A stretch of 64,000 bases of DNA from Elsinoe ampelina (taxonomy: Eukaryota), in NCBI GenBank assembly GCA_010093995.1, contig ML992517.1:14677-78676 (forward strand), written 5' to 3'. The position numbers and the translations under genes are program-made. The notes under the pieces were generated by a model that saw only the letters and a program-made list of their open reading frames with translations, was not told where the DNA came from and did no database searches. Of the stretch, positions 52,676 through 64,000 are shown in pieces. Within the stretch, counting starts at the first letter, position 1. Each line of letters begins with the position of its first letter.

Positions 52676-54601
52676 ATGGCAGAAGACTCGGTACCGAGGA
52701 GTCAGTACGAGGAGCTACAGCGACAATACAATGCCTTGGAAGACGACTACAAAGCCTTGCTGGTACATCTAAATAAGGCGACGGTCAAGTTACGAGAGGC
52801 CAAAGCGACCTGCAAAGCCTGGCAAAGGTACTACGACACTCATCCAAAGTACACCAGATCACACCAGAAGTATACTCGCGAGCCAGTTTTGCCATCTGCC
52901 ACACCACCACCGCGAGCCTCGCCATCTTCATCTCCTGTGACAGCTGTCACCGATATGGTGACACTGCAGCAGTCGGAGAAGAGTACCGAATCCAGCACGG
53001 CAAACCTAGCTGATGAGCTCCGGCATAATGATGTGCCCAGGTCCAGGGACCAGCCTGCTCTGGTGGATGAGAATACTACCGAGATGGCAATGGATCCTAT
53101 ATCGGTTGAGCCCAACCCGTCAAGCCAAAGTACCGAGCTCGGTTCAGATGATCTGAAGGATCAGCCAGACACTGCACTGGAAGAGGATGACGATGAACCA
53201 GAAGTCATCTCAGCACGCGTGATCAGAAAGCCAGGCCGGCGAACAGAGGTCAAGAAGGAAGCACTCTTGACCAGCAAGGATGGATCATCTTCGCGTCCAT
53301 TCCAAATCAAGCGCGAAGATACAGGCACGCAAGGTCTATCCAACGTCCCTGCCTTTTTGAGGTTACATACCCAAACTTCGGACCTTGATGCCCTAGTGGC
53401 TCACGTTGAAACACCGCGGAAACGCCAGAAAATCATGCATCTCGATGACGATGAAGCATCTCGGACAGTCCGGGCTGCAAAGGCGGATAAGCCTAGTGTA
53501 CTCTTGCGAGCGGCACAGGACGAAAACACGCCCCCAGCTAGCTCCCAACAGTCTCGACATTCACAGAAATCCGATCGATCAGCATCGCGGGATTCTACTG
53601 GGCCACTTCAGCCTCTCGGTACCAACACGCCGACTTTGCCGAGGACTAGCGATCTGAACGTGAAGCGGAATGGCTTGCATCATGCAAAGAAGGACTTCAA
53701 GATTGCTCAAGATGTTGCTAACTTGGCTGAGGATGATACGAACTTCCTGAGCCCAGATCAGCAGAACGATAAAAATATTCGCAGGCTTGAAGGCTTGCTG
53801 CAAAGCGACAGCGCTTCGAGGAACATCATTACACCACGAGCCATGAGTGGGAGTCGATCGCCTAACGCAGTGAGACCGACTGTCTCGCCAGTGACAGCGA
53901 CACGACCAAGGAAGGTCCAAGAGGTCGCTGTGGAGAAGAGATCGCTCACACCAGCGACTGCTTCACCGGTTCGACGCAAAAGAGTGAGCTCACCAGTCAA
54001 ACCTGCAAAGCGAATGCGAGCGTCTCACAGCCCACCGCCAGCACCCGGACCAGAAGAGGAGCCACTAAGGGCAAAACCACTCCATCGACTAGTGCCGGAC
54101 GATTTTCGTATCAATCCTTTATATGCCGGTACGGACTTTGCGTTTGGCGGACCACTCCGCGATCATCAGTCTCGGCAATGTGTTGCCGGGTGCACGAGAC
54201 CCTGTTGTGCTGCTCTCCAGCATTTCGCGGGTAGCGAGACACCCCTAGGCCGGCTGCAAGCACGAGACACGACAGAAGAGGATGAGCAGCTCCTTCGAGA
54301 GCACCTTGGACATGATCCCGCCACTTTGACCTCAAGTCAGCGGGATAGCTTGTTGCGGAGTGCCAGAGCGCAGAAAGTGGCGAACAAATACGGAAAGCAC
54401 AAACAAGTCTTTGAAAGACGACAGTCACCGCCTGGTTTCTGGGACACAGAGATGCCGAGCACACAGGACCGGCAAGCACAGAAGAAGCAGGCCAAGGAGC
54501 GCGAGCGACAAGACGTCGAGGAGAGATGGAGGGAAGCTGTGAGAGGAGATGGGAAGGGAAGATGGATCTTCAAAGATGAATTGCCGGGCAAGGTTAGATG
54601 A
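52676..54601 (+). CDS. SAE2: DNA end-resection factor Sae2/Ctp1/CtIP
   Basis: N-terminal coiled coil, DFRINP, CVAGCTRPCC and YGKHK..SPPGFWDTEMPSTQ C-terminal Sae2 domain. Confidence 0.9.
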   Translation: MAEDSVPRSQYEELQRQYNALEDDYKALLVHLNKATVKLREAKATCKAWQRYYDTHPKYTRSHQKYTREPVLPSATPPPRASPSSSPVTAVTDMVTLQQSEKSTESSTANLADELRHNDVPRSRDQPALVDENTTEMAMDPISVEPNPSSQSTELGSDDLKDQPDTALEEDDDEPEVISARVIRKPGRRTEVKKEALLTSKDGSSSRPFQIKREDTGTQGLSNVPAFLRLHTQTSDLDALVAHVETPRKRQKIMHLDDDEASRTVRAAKADKPSVLLRAAQDENTPPASSQQSRHSQKSDRSASRDSTGPLQPLGTNTPTLPRTSDLNVKRNGLHHAKKDFKIAQDVANLAEDDTNFLSPDQQNDKNIRRLEGLLQSDSASRNIITPRAMSGSRSPNAVRPTVSPVTATRPRKVQEVAVEKRSLTPATASPVRRKRVSSPVKPAKRMRASHSPPPAPGPEEEPLRAKPLHRLVPDDFRINPLYAGTDFAFGGPLRDHQSRQCVAGCTRPCCAALQHFAGSETPLGRLQARDTTEEDEQLLREHLGHDPATLTSSQRDSLLRSARAQKVANKYGKHKQVFERRQSPPGFWDTEMPSTQDRQAQKKQAKERERQDVEERWREAVRGDGKGRWIFKDELPGKVR

Positions 54602-54915
54602 CATTGATAGAATCTTACAAGCTACGCAGCTCATCGCCCCTTGCTACAGACAAGTATCATTGCTAATGCAAAAACCACAAGCCATCGCTAAGCTTTAGTC
54701 GTGTCCTACGAGTCTTGACGCCCTTCCTGCTTTCCCGCTCATTCTTGCTGTTCCTTGTGCCTCAGCCAGTCACCTTGGAGCGGCTTCTGCGCTACGTAAT
54801 TGGTCTCCTTGTATGCTGTGCTGACCACATTCCTTTAGATGTCTTCAAGTCAAACTCTATGATGGATGTTGTTGTCGCCGTGATATCATCAGTGATCCCT
54901 GTACTGTCGAGTCTT

Positions 54916-55932
54916 TCAGAAGACGGCTTCTGTGACTTTTGTTCCATACCAGTCGGCGAGCTCATCGCCCTTTTCCGAGTCGTACATTGAGAAATCGGTC
55001 AATCTCATGTTTCCACCGTCGTCATCTGGCTTCGGCCATTGTACTCTCGCACCCTCCTTGCCGTCCAACATATCTTTTGCTGTTGCCCAACTAAATCGGC
55101 ACTCCGAGCCCCAGCCAAACACCGGATCCATGTTCCTCTTCAACCAGCTCGAACATCTCGCATCACCAGGATACCCCGAACCCCACCCCTTCGCCGACGA
55201 CTCCTGTACCTCGCCCTCCCCATCCTTCTCATACGCCTCATAACAGACGTCCAACGCAGCGTCCCTCGTCACCTTGGCCACCACACTCGCCGCACTCACA
55301 CACGGATACAAACTATCCGCCTTCTTCGCCACCGTCACCTTCGCGGTCGGAAACACCCTCTCCAACTTCTTCTGATAAACAGCCGGACTCCCAATGGTAT
55401 CCACATAAATCTCCTTGACATTCACTCCCATCTCGAACACCTTCCTGATCAGATCCATGGTCGCATCCATCGCCTGCGCATTCAGATTATACGTCGCATG
55501 CGGCCGCAGCTGTCCCGCCGCGATATCCCTCGCGGACATGACTCTCGTCGCCCACCCGCAGGCCTCGAACAGATCCGTGCCAGGCGTGCAGACTTTCTCC
55601 ATGAGCTGGCTGCGTACGGTGGCGGTGAGGACTTTGGAGTCGTCGAAGTGGTGCATGTCGGCGAGGAGGGAGCGGTGGAGTGAGAGGGGCAGGTAGAAGA
55701 TGCCGTAGACCATGGGGCCGAGGACGGGGCCGCGGCCGGCTTCGTCGACGCCGAGGACGATGGGGGTGTCGGGGGAGGAGGTGATGAGGGAGGGGATGGG
55801 GGTGAAGTGGGAGTAGGAGATGCCCGGGAGGATGGAGGTGCGGGAGATGGAGGGGGCGATGAAGATGTTTTCGGCGGGGGTTTCGAGGGTGAGGTCAGGG
55901 GTTTCTTGGGAGTCTTCCATTGGGTCGTCCAT
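54916..55932 (-). CDS. RNH201: Ribonuclease H2 catalytic subunit A
   Basis: LGVDEAGRGPVLGPMVY, FDDSKVL, YVDTIG, KKADSLYPCVSAASVVAKVTRD, GSGYPGD and RFSW. Confidence 0.97.
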   Translation of the reverse strand: MDDPMEDSQETPDLTLETPAENIFIAPSISRTSILPGISYSHFTPIPSLITSSPDTPIVLGVDEAGRGPVLGPMVYGIFYLPLSLHRSLLADMHHFDDSKVLTATVRSQLMEKVCTPGTDLFEACGWATRVMSARDIAAGQLRPHATYNLNAQAMDATMDLIRKVFEMGVNVKEIYVDTIGSPAVYQKKLERVFPTAKVTVAKKADSLYPCVSAASVVAKVTRDAALDVCYEAYEKDGEGEVQESSAKGWGSGYPGDARCSSWLKRNMDPVFGWGSECRFSWATAKDMLDGKEGARVQWPKPDDDGGNMRLTDFSMYDSEKGDELADWYGTKVTEAVF

Positions 55933-56467
55933 GGTGGTTTTAGAAATATCGAGGTTGTATAATGGATTGGTCTAGTGCGCTGTGGTGACTATTTGCTCCA
56001 GACCAGCAAAATCCGTAACCAGGAGTCAAATCCAAATTTTTGAGATGCAGTAGCAGCACGAGTGCGATTCCCAGTATTCCAGAATGGTCCCCCGCTGAAT
56101 AAATAGATTCACCTACTGAAATATACGCATATATCGCAAAATGGTCGACACATGCTTGCACTTTCATCTTGTCGCGTCCATCACGGAACGTCGCTCGGGA
56201 CCCCGCACGAATGATTCCGATTGGCTCATATTCCGCACCATCCCCAATTAAGCAGTTTGTGGACCAAAAACACAACACTTCAGATCCTCCACTGTTTCTT
56301 TGAAGGTACTACAACGCTGTGACAGCATTCCTAGCGGCGTCAACGCTCGCTGAATTGGCGCGACTTCTACGACATTGGACTGCAACAACAGCAGGCCTGG
56401 TATCATAGCTTGACGACATCACCTTGGACTCACGCCGTCATCGAACCGCCGCCGGCGCACAGCAGCC

Positions 56468-59162
56468 ATGTCGGTCTCACGAACGCCGTCGCGTATGACA
56501 CCTGGTCGCCGTAAGACCGCGACAAAGGAGAATCTTTACTTTGATCCTGGCAAGAAAGGACGGTCAGTCAATCTTAGGACTGCGCCGCGTCACATTGGCG
56601 GTCAGCACGTTGCGCACTTGATGAAATGCTCATGTAGTACAGGAAAACGGGTATCACGATTCCAGACAACGGGCAGCGAGATGAGAATGGATTTGAGCAT
56701 ATGAGCCACCTCTTCTCCTCTCCGCAGAAGCTGCAATCGCCGCCGAAAGAGCCCCTGGCTAGAAGGACTAGGAGCAGTAAGAGCAGTCTCATGGTGAGAA
56801 TGGAGCAAGGGACTGACGATAACAGGCAATGTCGCAGGCGGGGCAGATCTGCAACCGCAAAGGACACCGAGACTACCACCTCCGAAGAGTCAGACTCCTC
56901 GGCATACGAATATTGGAGGTTCGCCAGTCAGGTATTCTTCGGTCAAGCCTGCATCACCATTGCGAATAATGCGGGATGAAGAGGTCACTCCAACGCGAGC
57001 ACAATCAGAGGTCATCAACAGCATTGAAAGAGATCAAAGCCCGGTTATACTTCGAAGCGCAATGGATGCGCGCTCGACCAAGGGTCGGAAGAGCATATTC
57101 CAGCTTCCTGCATTTCAAACACCGCAAGCTCCATCATCACCGCCGCCAGGCGCAATCGAAGAGGTCTCGCAGATCCTGAACACTAACGACGACGAGATCA
57201 TGGATTCTCATCCCCCGGAGCTAAATGATTCTCTACCGACCCTGGAAGACAGTCTGCCCGAACCATCTTCCGCATCAAAGCAACATGGTGAGCCGAACAC
57301 AAAACGAAAGCGAGGGGCTCGACGCAGCGATGTCTCCAATACTGGTACAGAAGATGCATCTCTTGTCACATCTGAGCCGCGGTCTTCGGCCAAGCGTAGA
57401 CGAACAGCGATGGACACGTCAGCTGTAGATCCTTCACCCAGTCAAAGCACGCGAAGTGTTACACGTCAATCATATATGGTTGCCCCTGAAGCGACCATGG
57501 TATCCGACGAACCAGATGGCATACCGGAGGAAGTCACCGAACATCAGTACCCCTCTCCGCCTCGCATGGATGATGACATGCCCGAAATTATCCCTGCTTC
57601 TCCCAATTCACCCGGTAAGCGCGGCCGCGCACGCTCGCGCAAATCAGTCCTCCACGGTCGCCGCCGTCCCGCCTCCCGTGCTCCCGTTAAAGCATCGTCG
57701 TCTGCTGTACCTTCACGCACTCAACGCGAATCAACAGCCCGTACCACAGTCTCGGCCTACTCGCCCTCCCCAGCTGTTGATGAAGAAGACGACGACGACG
57801 ATGCAGACCCCCATTCTAAGCGCATGGGCGCCATACGCCTCCGCTCCGCCACACCCTTCGAAGACTCCGGCGCCAAGATCACCCGCTCTGGCCGCGCGAG
57901 TATCAAGCCCCTGGCATACTGGAAGAACGAAACCTACGTGTACCGACATGGAGAAATCGACGGCGTCATTCGAGCAGAAGATATAGAACGTCCTGTCAAA
58001 CGCAAAGGTGGTGTCAAAAGGAAGACGCGAAGAAGAAGACTAGGCAGCATCAAAGAAGAGGGCGACGATGACGAGGACGAAGAAGACCACGAAGACCTAC
58101 TTCCCGAAGCATGGGAGCACGAGACTGGTATTATCCAAGGTCCAGTACGAGGCTGGGATGAAGAACTCGGCACCGGTGGTGTGGAAGAAGAACTCGCTGG
58201 TAAGTCCCCCTTCCCCTCTCCTCTAGCCTCCCCATCTCCTTTCCCTTTCCTCACCGTCAGCCTCCTCTCCTCTGTGACTCACTGACCTCCCCCACCAGAC
58301 ATCGCCTTCGCCGCCCCCGCCATCAAGTTAAGCGACGTAGCCAACGGTGCATTCAAATACGCTAAAGTACTCACCTCTAAATTCTTCGGCGCCGGCATCG
58401 TCGAGATTCCTCCCGGCGGCGTCAAGCGGAGCAAGAACAGCAGGAAGATGCAGATGGCGTTTTTCGTGCACGAGGGGAAAGTGAGCGTTACGGTGGCGGG
58501 GATGGATTTTGGGGTCACGGTCGGCGGGATGTGGCATGTTCCGAGAGGTGAGTCGTCTCGTTCTTCACGATCCGGTGGTCCGGGAGTGGACGTGGGGGAC
58601 GGAGGGTGATGGGGATGGTTGTCCAAGGGGGCTGTCACGGGAAGGCGGAGTCGCTGGCAGGCGTGTACTGTGGCGAGTGCATGGCGTTGCGCTGGCAATA
58701 TCCAGGGCGCATGTCCGCCTCCGCGTGCACGACAGCGTGGTACAAACACCTTCGGTCCCGACTGTGTGGTCTGACGGACAGCACGGGACACTAGCAGGCA
58801 TCCATTGGCGCAGTGGGACGATCACACGGCCTCCATCAATGCACCAGTGGTTCACCCTGCGGGCACCCCTAGCGCCACACAGGGTTGCGACCAGCGACGG
58901 CAAGGCTTGCGAGGAACGGCAGGGAAGAGGGTCCGATCAGAACACAAGCTAACACGGTCGCGCAGGCAACAACTATTCCATCATGAACGAGTCGACGATC
59001 TTCACGGCCAAGGTGTTTTTCGCGCAGGGATGCGAGTGGGACGGCGAGAGCGCCGGGGAGGAGGTGCCCGTGCCGCAGCCGCAGCCGCAGCCGAGGAACA
59101 GGCAGGTGGTTGTGGGCAGGGAGAATCATCCGTACCTGTTCGAGAAACGAGAGACGACGTAG
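56468..59162 (+). CDS. MIF2: Inner kinetochore protein Mif2/Cnp3/CENP-C, spliced
   Basis: Mif2_N-like ENLYFDPGKKGR|KTGITIPD..RDENGFE, CENP-C motif TRSGRASIKPLAYWKNE, and cupin FFGAGIVEIPPGGVKRSKNSRKMQMAFFV..VPRG|NNYSI..KVFFAQG. Confidence 0.92.
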
Positions 59163-60421
59163 CGTAGAGGTGTGTAGAGCAGACGGGACGGGGAATTCCA
59201 GGCTGTGATTTCTGGGGACAAAAAGTGTTCGAGGTGCAGCAGCTTGCCCGCCGTGAGGATCTACGAGTGCGGCTCGCGAAAATGCTGCCGAGCGGGATGG
59301 GTGAACGCTATGTGACGTGACGGGACCTGCAGGAGTAAGCTTCTGTCCCTTGGTGCCTCATCAGATGGCCGGGAAAAAAGTGGAAGACACGGGAATATGA
59401 ATCATCGATTGTTGATCTGGTGATGTTAAGCAGTGCGAGCAGAGGCGCTGATCGTGAAGTTTGAAGAGCTACCCCACTAGATGATCGACATCGCATAGTG
59501 TGAACTGTCAAGGGATGATGCACATTCGTGTAACATTTTGATCATTCAAGTCATTTTCGGGTGGTTGGCTGCCCCACGGAGCCGCATTGGGGTGACAGCG
59601 CATGTGGTGATCAGGGGTTGGATTTTTTGCACAGGAAATCATGCAGTCCAACGGGCTGTTGGAGCCCCAAGATTGTCCTTTTGCGGATTGATTGGGATAC
59701 AAGTAACCGGCCATGAGGATAGAGTTGATAGCATTCTCAATCTGATCAAAGTGGGCCGCGTGTGAACACATTACTTCATCATTCTTCCTTGGTTGGTTGG
59801 CCGTTGACACTTTGAGCGAACAGTCAATGTGTCACAGAAAATGAGGAGTCGGCACGACGAACCAAAAGTGGGTTGTGCGTTCGTCTCACTGCGAAAACGG
59901 CCAGTTGAGCAAAGCAGCTGTGCAAGACATTCATTCGCTCGAGTCGTTTGAACGAGCTTGACCGAGCAGTTCGTGCTACAGGAAGCGTGGGTGACATTGG
60001 TCGATGCGGTGTGCGTTCCATGGGGTTTGGCAAATGCCATCCACGGCTACCAGATTACGTGCTGGAATCAACATGTTTGGACTCAAAGTCCCATGATCTT
60101 CCCCCTGGCGGACAGATGGATATGTCCGAACGTTGTTGGGACGTTGCGACCGGTATTGTGAGAACGATACCTTGACTTTGTGGGAACCCCTGCGCTGCGG
60201 CGACCTCTCCGGCCCCGTGCCGTCTAAGCTGCGGCTCATTCCACGTGGATGTTCTAGATCGAGACAGTAGATATAACCCGTAGTTGCTGTTGTACCTGTC
60301 AGTGGGCGGAAATAGGGCTTTGCACCGGCTTTGAACGACAAGTGGCAGCTTTTCCGCGGGAAGCATCGCGGAGCACACGCATGCGAGCTCCGTGATTGTG
60401 AAGGGACGACACTTGACATGG

Positions 60422-61374
60422 TCAAAATTCGTCGTCCTCGAATTCGTCCACGGGCGGAAAGTCCCCTACTTCGACTCGCTCAGGTCGAACAAAGACGCCA
60501 TGCTTTGACGGGCAGTCAAAGTACCTGGTACCATTGACAGACCCATCATTCTTTCCGGTGGGTTCGTCAAGAGCGACTCCAATCCAGGCACCCAGCCCAG
60601 GGATTTCCGGAACGTTACCGACATGTCTCACTATTCCTCGGCGGGAGTCTGATTCTGGAAGGAGTCGGCAGCGACAGCCGACCACAATACCTAATGAAGT
60701 GGGTCAGCGTGAAATTACGTAGGATTGAAATTCGCATGCAGCTATAACGGCACGACGTGGAGATGGCTGTGGAGACGGCTGTGGAGACGGCTGGTGCTTC
60801 TCTTGGAGGTGCTTGGATGTAACATTGCACTCGACATGGCACTGCTTGACTCAGGGGAGCTTACCTCGTTCGTCGACCTCACGCTGCACGGCACGGATCT
60901 TCTGCTCCTCAATATCAGGCGCATTCGGATCGAAGCGGCCGAGTTTCTGGGCCTTCTTCCAAGCTAGTACGCTGTCTGTGCGAGTTTCGTACTCGTCCTT
61001 TGGCATCTCGTACTTTGGGACGGCAGAGACGTCGGTGTAGTTTTCCCGGAGTCCAGCAGGTCGACTATCGATGACCTAGTCTGTTCAGTATTTGAAATTG
61101 TGATTGTCAGGGGCGAATGGTGTAAACCTACGTGAAGCTCTGCATAGTCGCGCAGGTTGACTTGGCTGACTGGTGTAGAATCTGACAGATGATCTAGGGC
61201 TTGTTGCTGGCCCGAGGGCAGCGTGATTGCCAGTCTCTGTGAGGATGCTGGTATGCCAGTGATGGGTTCTAGCTTCGTGCGTAGCTGATCCAGCGACCAG
61301 GAAGGCTGTAGTCGTCTTTCCGATCTGGAATTCGGCGAAATCACCAAGACGGTGATGTCGTTGGGTGAAGCCAT
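60422..61374 (-). CDS. ALP11: Tubulin-folding cofactor B (Alp11/Alf1; UBL + CAP-Gly), 2 introns
   Basis: SERRLQPSWSLDQLRTKLEPITGIP, VPKYEMPKDEYETRTDSVLAWKK and CAP-Gly WIGVALDEPTGKNDGSV..YFDC..GVFVRP. Confidence 0.93.
60757..60792 (+). repeat. 3 x 12-bp tandem repeat GTGGAGA(T/C)GGCT in cofactor B intron 2
   Basis: Read directly from the sequence. Confidence 0.85.
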
Positions 61375-64000
61375 GACTGGTGTGGTCTAGATTAGCAGAA
61401 GATTCAATATCAATTCGAATTCATAGTATGTGATGATGCGGCAGCTGCCCTGTGCAGACTTTCGGCTTGTCGCCAAGATGGACGTGACTTGCGAGCGGGG
61501 CATTTGCTGTGCCTGCCTGACTAGCACCGTTTTTGCAATCTCGCACGAACCATTCCCACGTGGCTTCGACAGGGCCCCGTGCCATCAGCATCTGCTGCCG
61601 GCCAGAACACCAATCTGCTCAACCATGTGTTCATTGTGTTTATTGCGACAGTCCGCGGGATCGGTCTTGTTACAACTCCCGACCAGTAGTCATGATTACT
61701 ACTCCCCACGACCGTTAGGTGTCAAGGTTTGTTGGCTGTTCTCCAACGTCACATTGAGGGCAACGCAATCTGCACCTGCCTGGAAGGAAGCCCAGCCCTG
61801 TTGATAACCGTTGACAAGTGGAGTGTTCAGTGATCAGAGACCTTTTGAAGTATCTGAATCAGCTTTAACTTACTATTTCCGATCCACAGACTTGTTTTAC
61901 CCAGTAGTTTGCTCATTTACCCGACCGCCGTAAACTTAAAGCGTCGCTTAGAGAGAGACAAACAGCCGGCAGTCGTTCGGAGGAACGATACACACGAGGA
62001 TCGTACACGAGTCACAACAGTATTCGCATGAACGGGTGTGGCAGCTCAACCAGGTTGGTCGCCTGAGATTGTGATGTGAACAAGGAGTTGGCAACCAGCA
62101 CCAGCCACACGCACAAGACAGTACAGTAGTCTGCTCTAGGTCGATCTCCCAAACAGGAGCTTCCACACCAGTGGAAAAACCTTGGCCCGCTCGTTCTCCT
62201 TTCCCATTCCATGGTTCACCTGCAGTTCGGCCATGCTTTTACCGTCCGGAATTTACCCAGTCTCGTTCTGCGGACCAGTGGAAACTCTGGAGTAGGACGA
62301 ACATGATTACGAGGGTCTTCTTTTCGCTTGATGTCTCACCCATTTGCATGCTATTCCCTACCGAGGAATTGACGGAGCCGTCTCAGGATGCCTGTCCGGA
62401 CTTTTCTTTCCCCTGACCTGCATCACGACAGGGATCAGGACGTGACATGTCAATCTCCGCCAAGTCAGATGGACTAATTCTCCGTCGACCCCAACTGATG
62501 CTCAATCACTTTTTTTGCACTATCGAATTCCTGAGGGGCGCTTCCCAGGGCCAGAATTTGTCACCCACCTCCAACGAACGGGCATTTTTCTTTGGGAAGG
62601 TCAAATGTTCCGAAGTGGAGACACTCCAAGATTGCGGCGACGCCGCCAGTAAAGTGCCATGCAGCGGCGCGGTTCGTCTACCGCCCTACAGCGGTTTGGG
62701 AGCGGTAATGTACTGTTAGCTTGTTGCATGACGAATGGTACAGCATCGGTAACGCCCCTTTCAACGCGTGCCGAGCTTACTGACAAGGCCTAGGTCTTTT
62801 AGTCGAGCAGACTACGAGCTGTTGGGGATTAATTATCCAGAACGACGGGAAAGTCTTGCCCTACTGCAGCTGTTCCGCAGCTCGTTTTACTGATCATGAC
62901 CGAACTTCTGTCAAAACTCTGTTGTCCAAAGACCTCGTGCCCGACCGGCGACATCCGGTACATGATTAAAACACGTGGAAGCCACCTTTTGAGCTTGGTC
63001 CGGAGCTCGCACCAGTCTGCAGTCACAAAGTGACACCACCCCGTCAGCGGATTTTGTCGCCGCAAAGTGCCTCTTCAATTCCTGGACAATGCTCATGTAG
63101 AAAGACGTCATAAATCATGCAGTGAACGCCTGCAGGAAGGGGGCATTCCGATCTCCAGGCCCAAAATCCGTGCTTTGAGCAACGCGGCCTGGATGCCGGA
63201 GATGCACCCGTCACCGCAGTAGGCGAGATTGGGGACAGTGGAGGGGGATTGTTTTTTGTTCCTGGATCATTATTTAGCGCGATCTGCCGACCCCTGGTTA
63301 CGAGATGGCCGTGGAAATGGAATGGTTCACACCACATCTGGGACCGATCGGATGAGAGTATCCAGCGTCGCGGTTTCTCCCTCCGTCGGTCGTCGGGGGG
63401 CATTTGTCGAAAAAATGGTTCCTTGCACACCCTCGGACGGGAATAACCTGAACGACTTTTCTCCTGGGCACGTCACCCACACACACACACCTTTTGAAGC
63501 TGACGATACGGTTCATGCGCCTGTTCAGAGTTTGGCAGCCTTTTGCATGCGGATGACGACAGTTTGACACTCTTTCTTCCCCCCCAAATCTTGAACGCTT
63601 CGGTCGAACCACCGATTTTCGGGGGGCTTGAGACATTAGCGGGAGGGATCCAAGCGTGCGGTCATGCACAAACTCAAGGTACAGTGTACGGGACCGAAGC
63701 GTTCACTAATTGTCCATGGAAGATGTGGTGTGAGACCAAGGTCCAAAAGCTGCCGCCGCACACTTTTCAGCACGGATCATCATGACTCCTCTCTCGGCGA
63801 ACGTCTGTGACGAGCAGGAAGCAGTTTATCGTTGAAAGTGAACGGTGTGTTGCGTCGTCCGTAAAGGACTCGGCCCGCGTACCTTTTGTGCCCTGATCTT
63901 ACGCTCCAACCTGCTCGAGTCCACACGCCAACCTTACAATTTTATCCGTCACATATCATCGATGTGCTTGGCCCATGCAAAAGCTTCGACGACCTGCGCT

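Noticed and set aside
52676..61374. SAE2-RNH201-MIF2-ALP11 as a genome-maintenance cluster
   Set aside because: All are ordinary single-copy genes; adjacency is plausible by chance without synteny data.
61400..64000. 2.6-kb gene-free stretch as an ncRNA locus
   Set aside because: No tRNA, rRNA or snoRNA signature or repeat recognised; probably regulatory DNA of a gene beyond the window.

Overview
A 64-kb window of an intron-containing filamentous ascomycete genome (Pezizomycotina; Eurotiomycetes/Chaetothyriales-like is only my inference). It has about 23 protein-coding genes, mostly housekeeping: Rph1/KDM4 demethylase, YAG7-like, Cbf1, eIF6, Rad23, Nrd1/Seb1, citrate synthase, Yhm2, an F-box protein, Sae2/CtIP, RNase H2A, Mif2/CENP-C and tubulin cofactor B. 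There are two RIP-degraded DNA transposons, one a complete 2205-bp pogo/Fot1 element with perfect 41-bp TIRs. The best candidate for an undescribed system is a three-gene accessory module at 9.6-17.3 kb. It consists of a killer-toxin-like subgroup-C GH18 chitinase ending in a NucA/NucB-like nuclease motif behind a KR site, a divergently transcribed secreted multi-LysM protein, and a cytoplasmic protein resembling SUKH/SMI1-KNR4 immunity proteins, i.e. a possible fungal polymorphic toxin-immunity locus. Other notable items are recurrent orientation-independent C-rich to G-rich skew switches, a 1-kb orphan insertion bracketed by a duplicated gene 3' end, and a 418-nt intron in the CENP-C cupin. 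All gene models and domain calls were made by eye; no searches were run.
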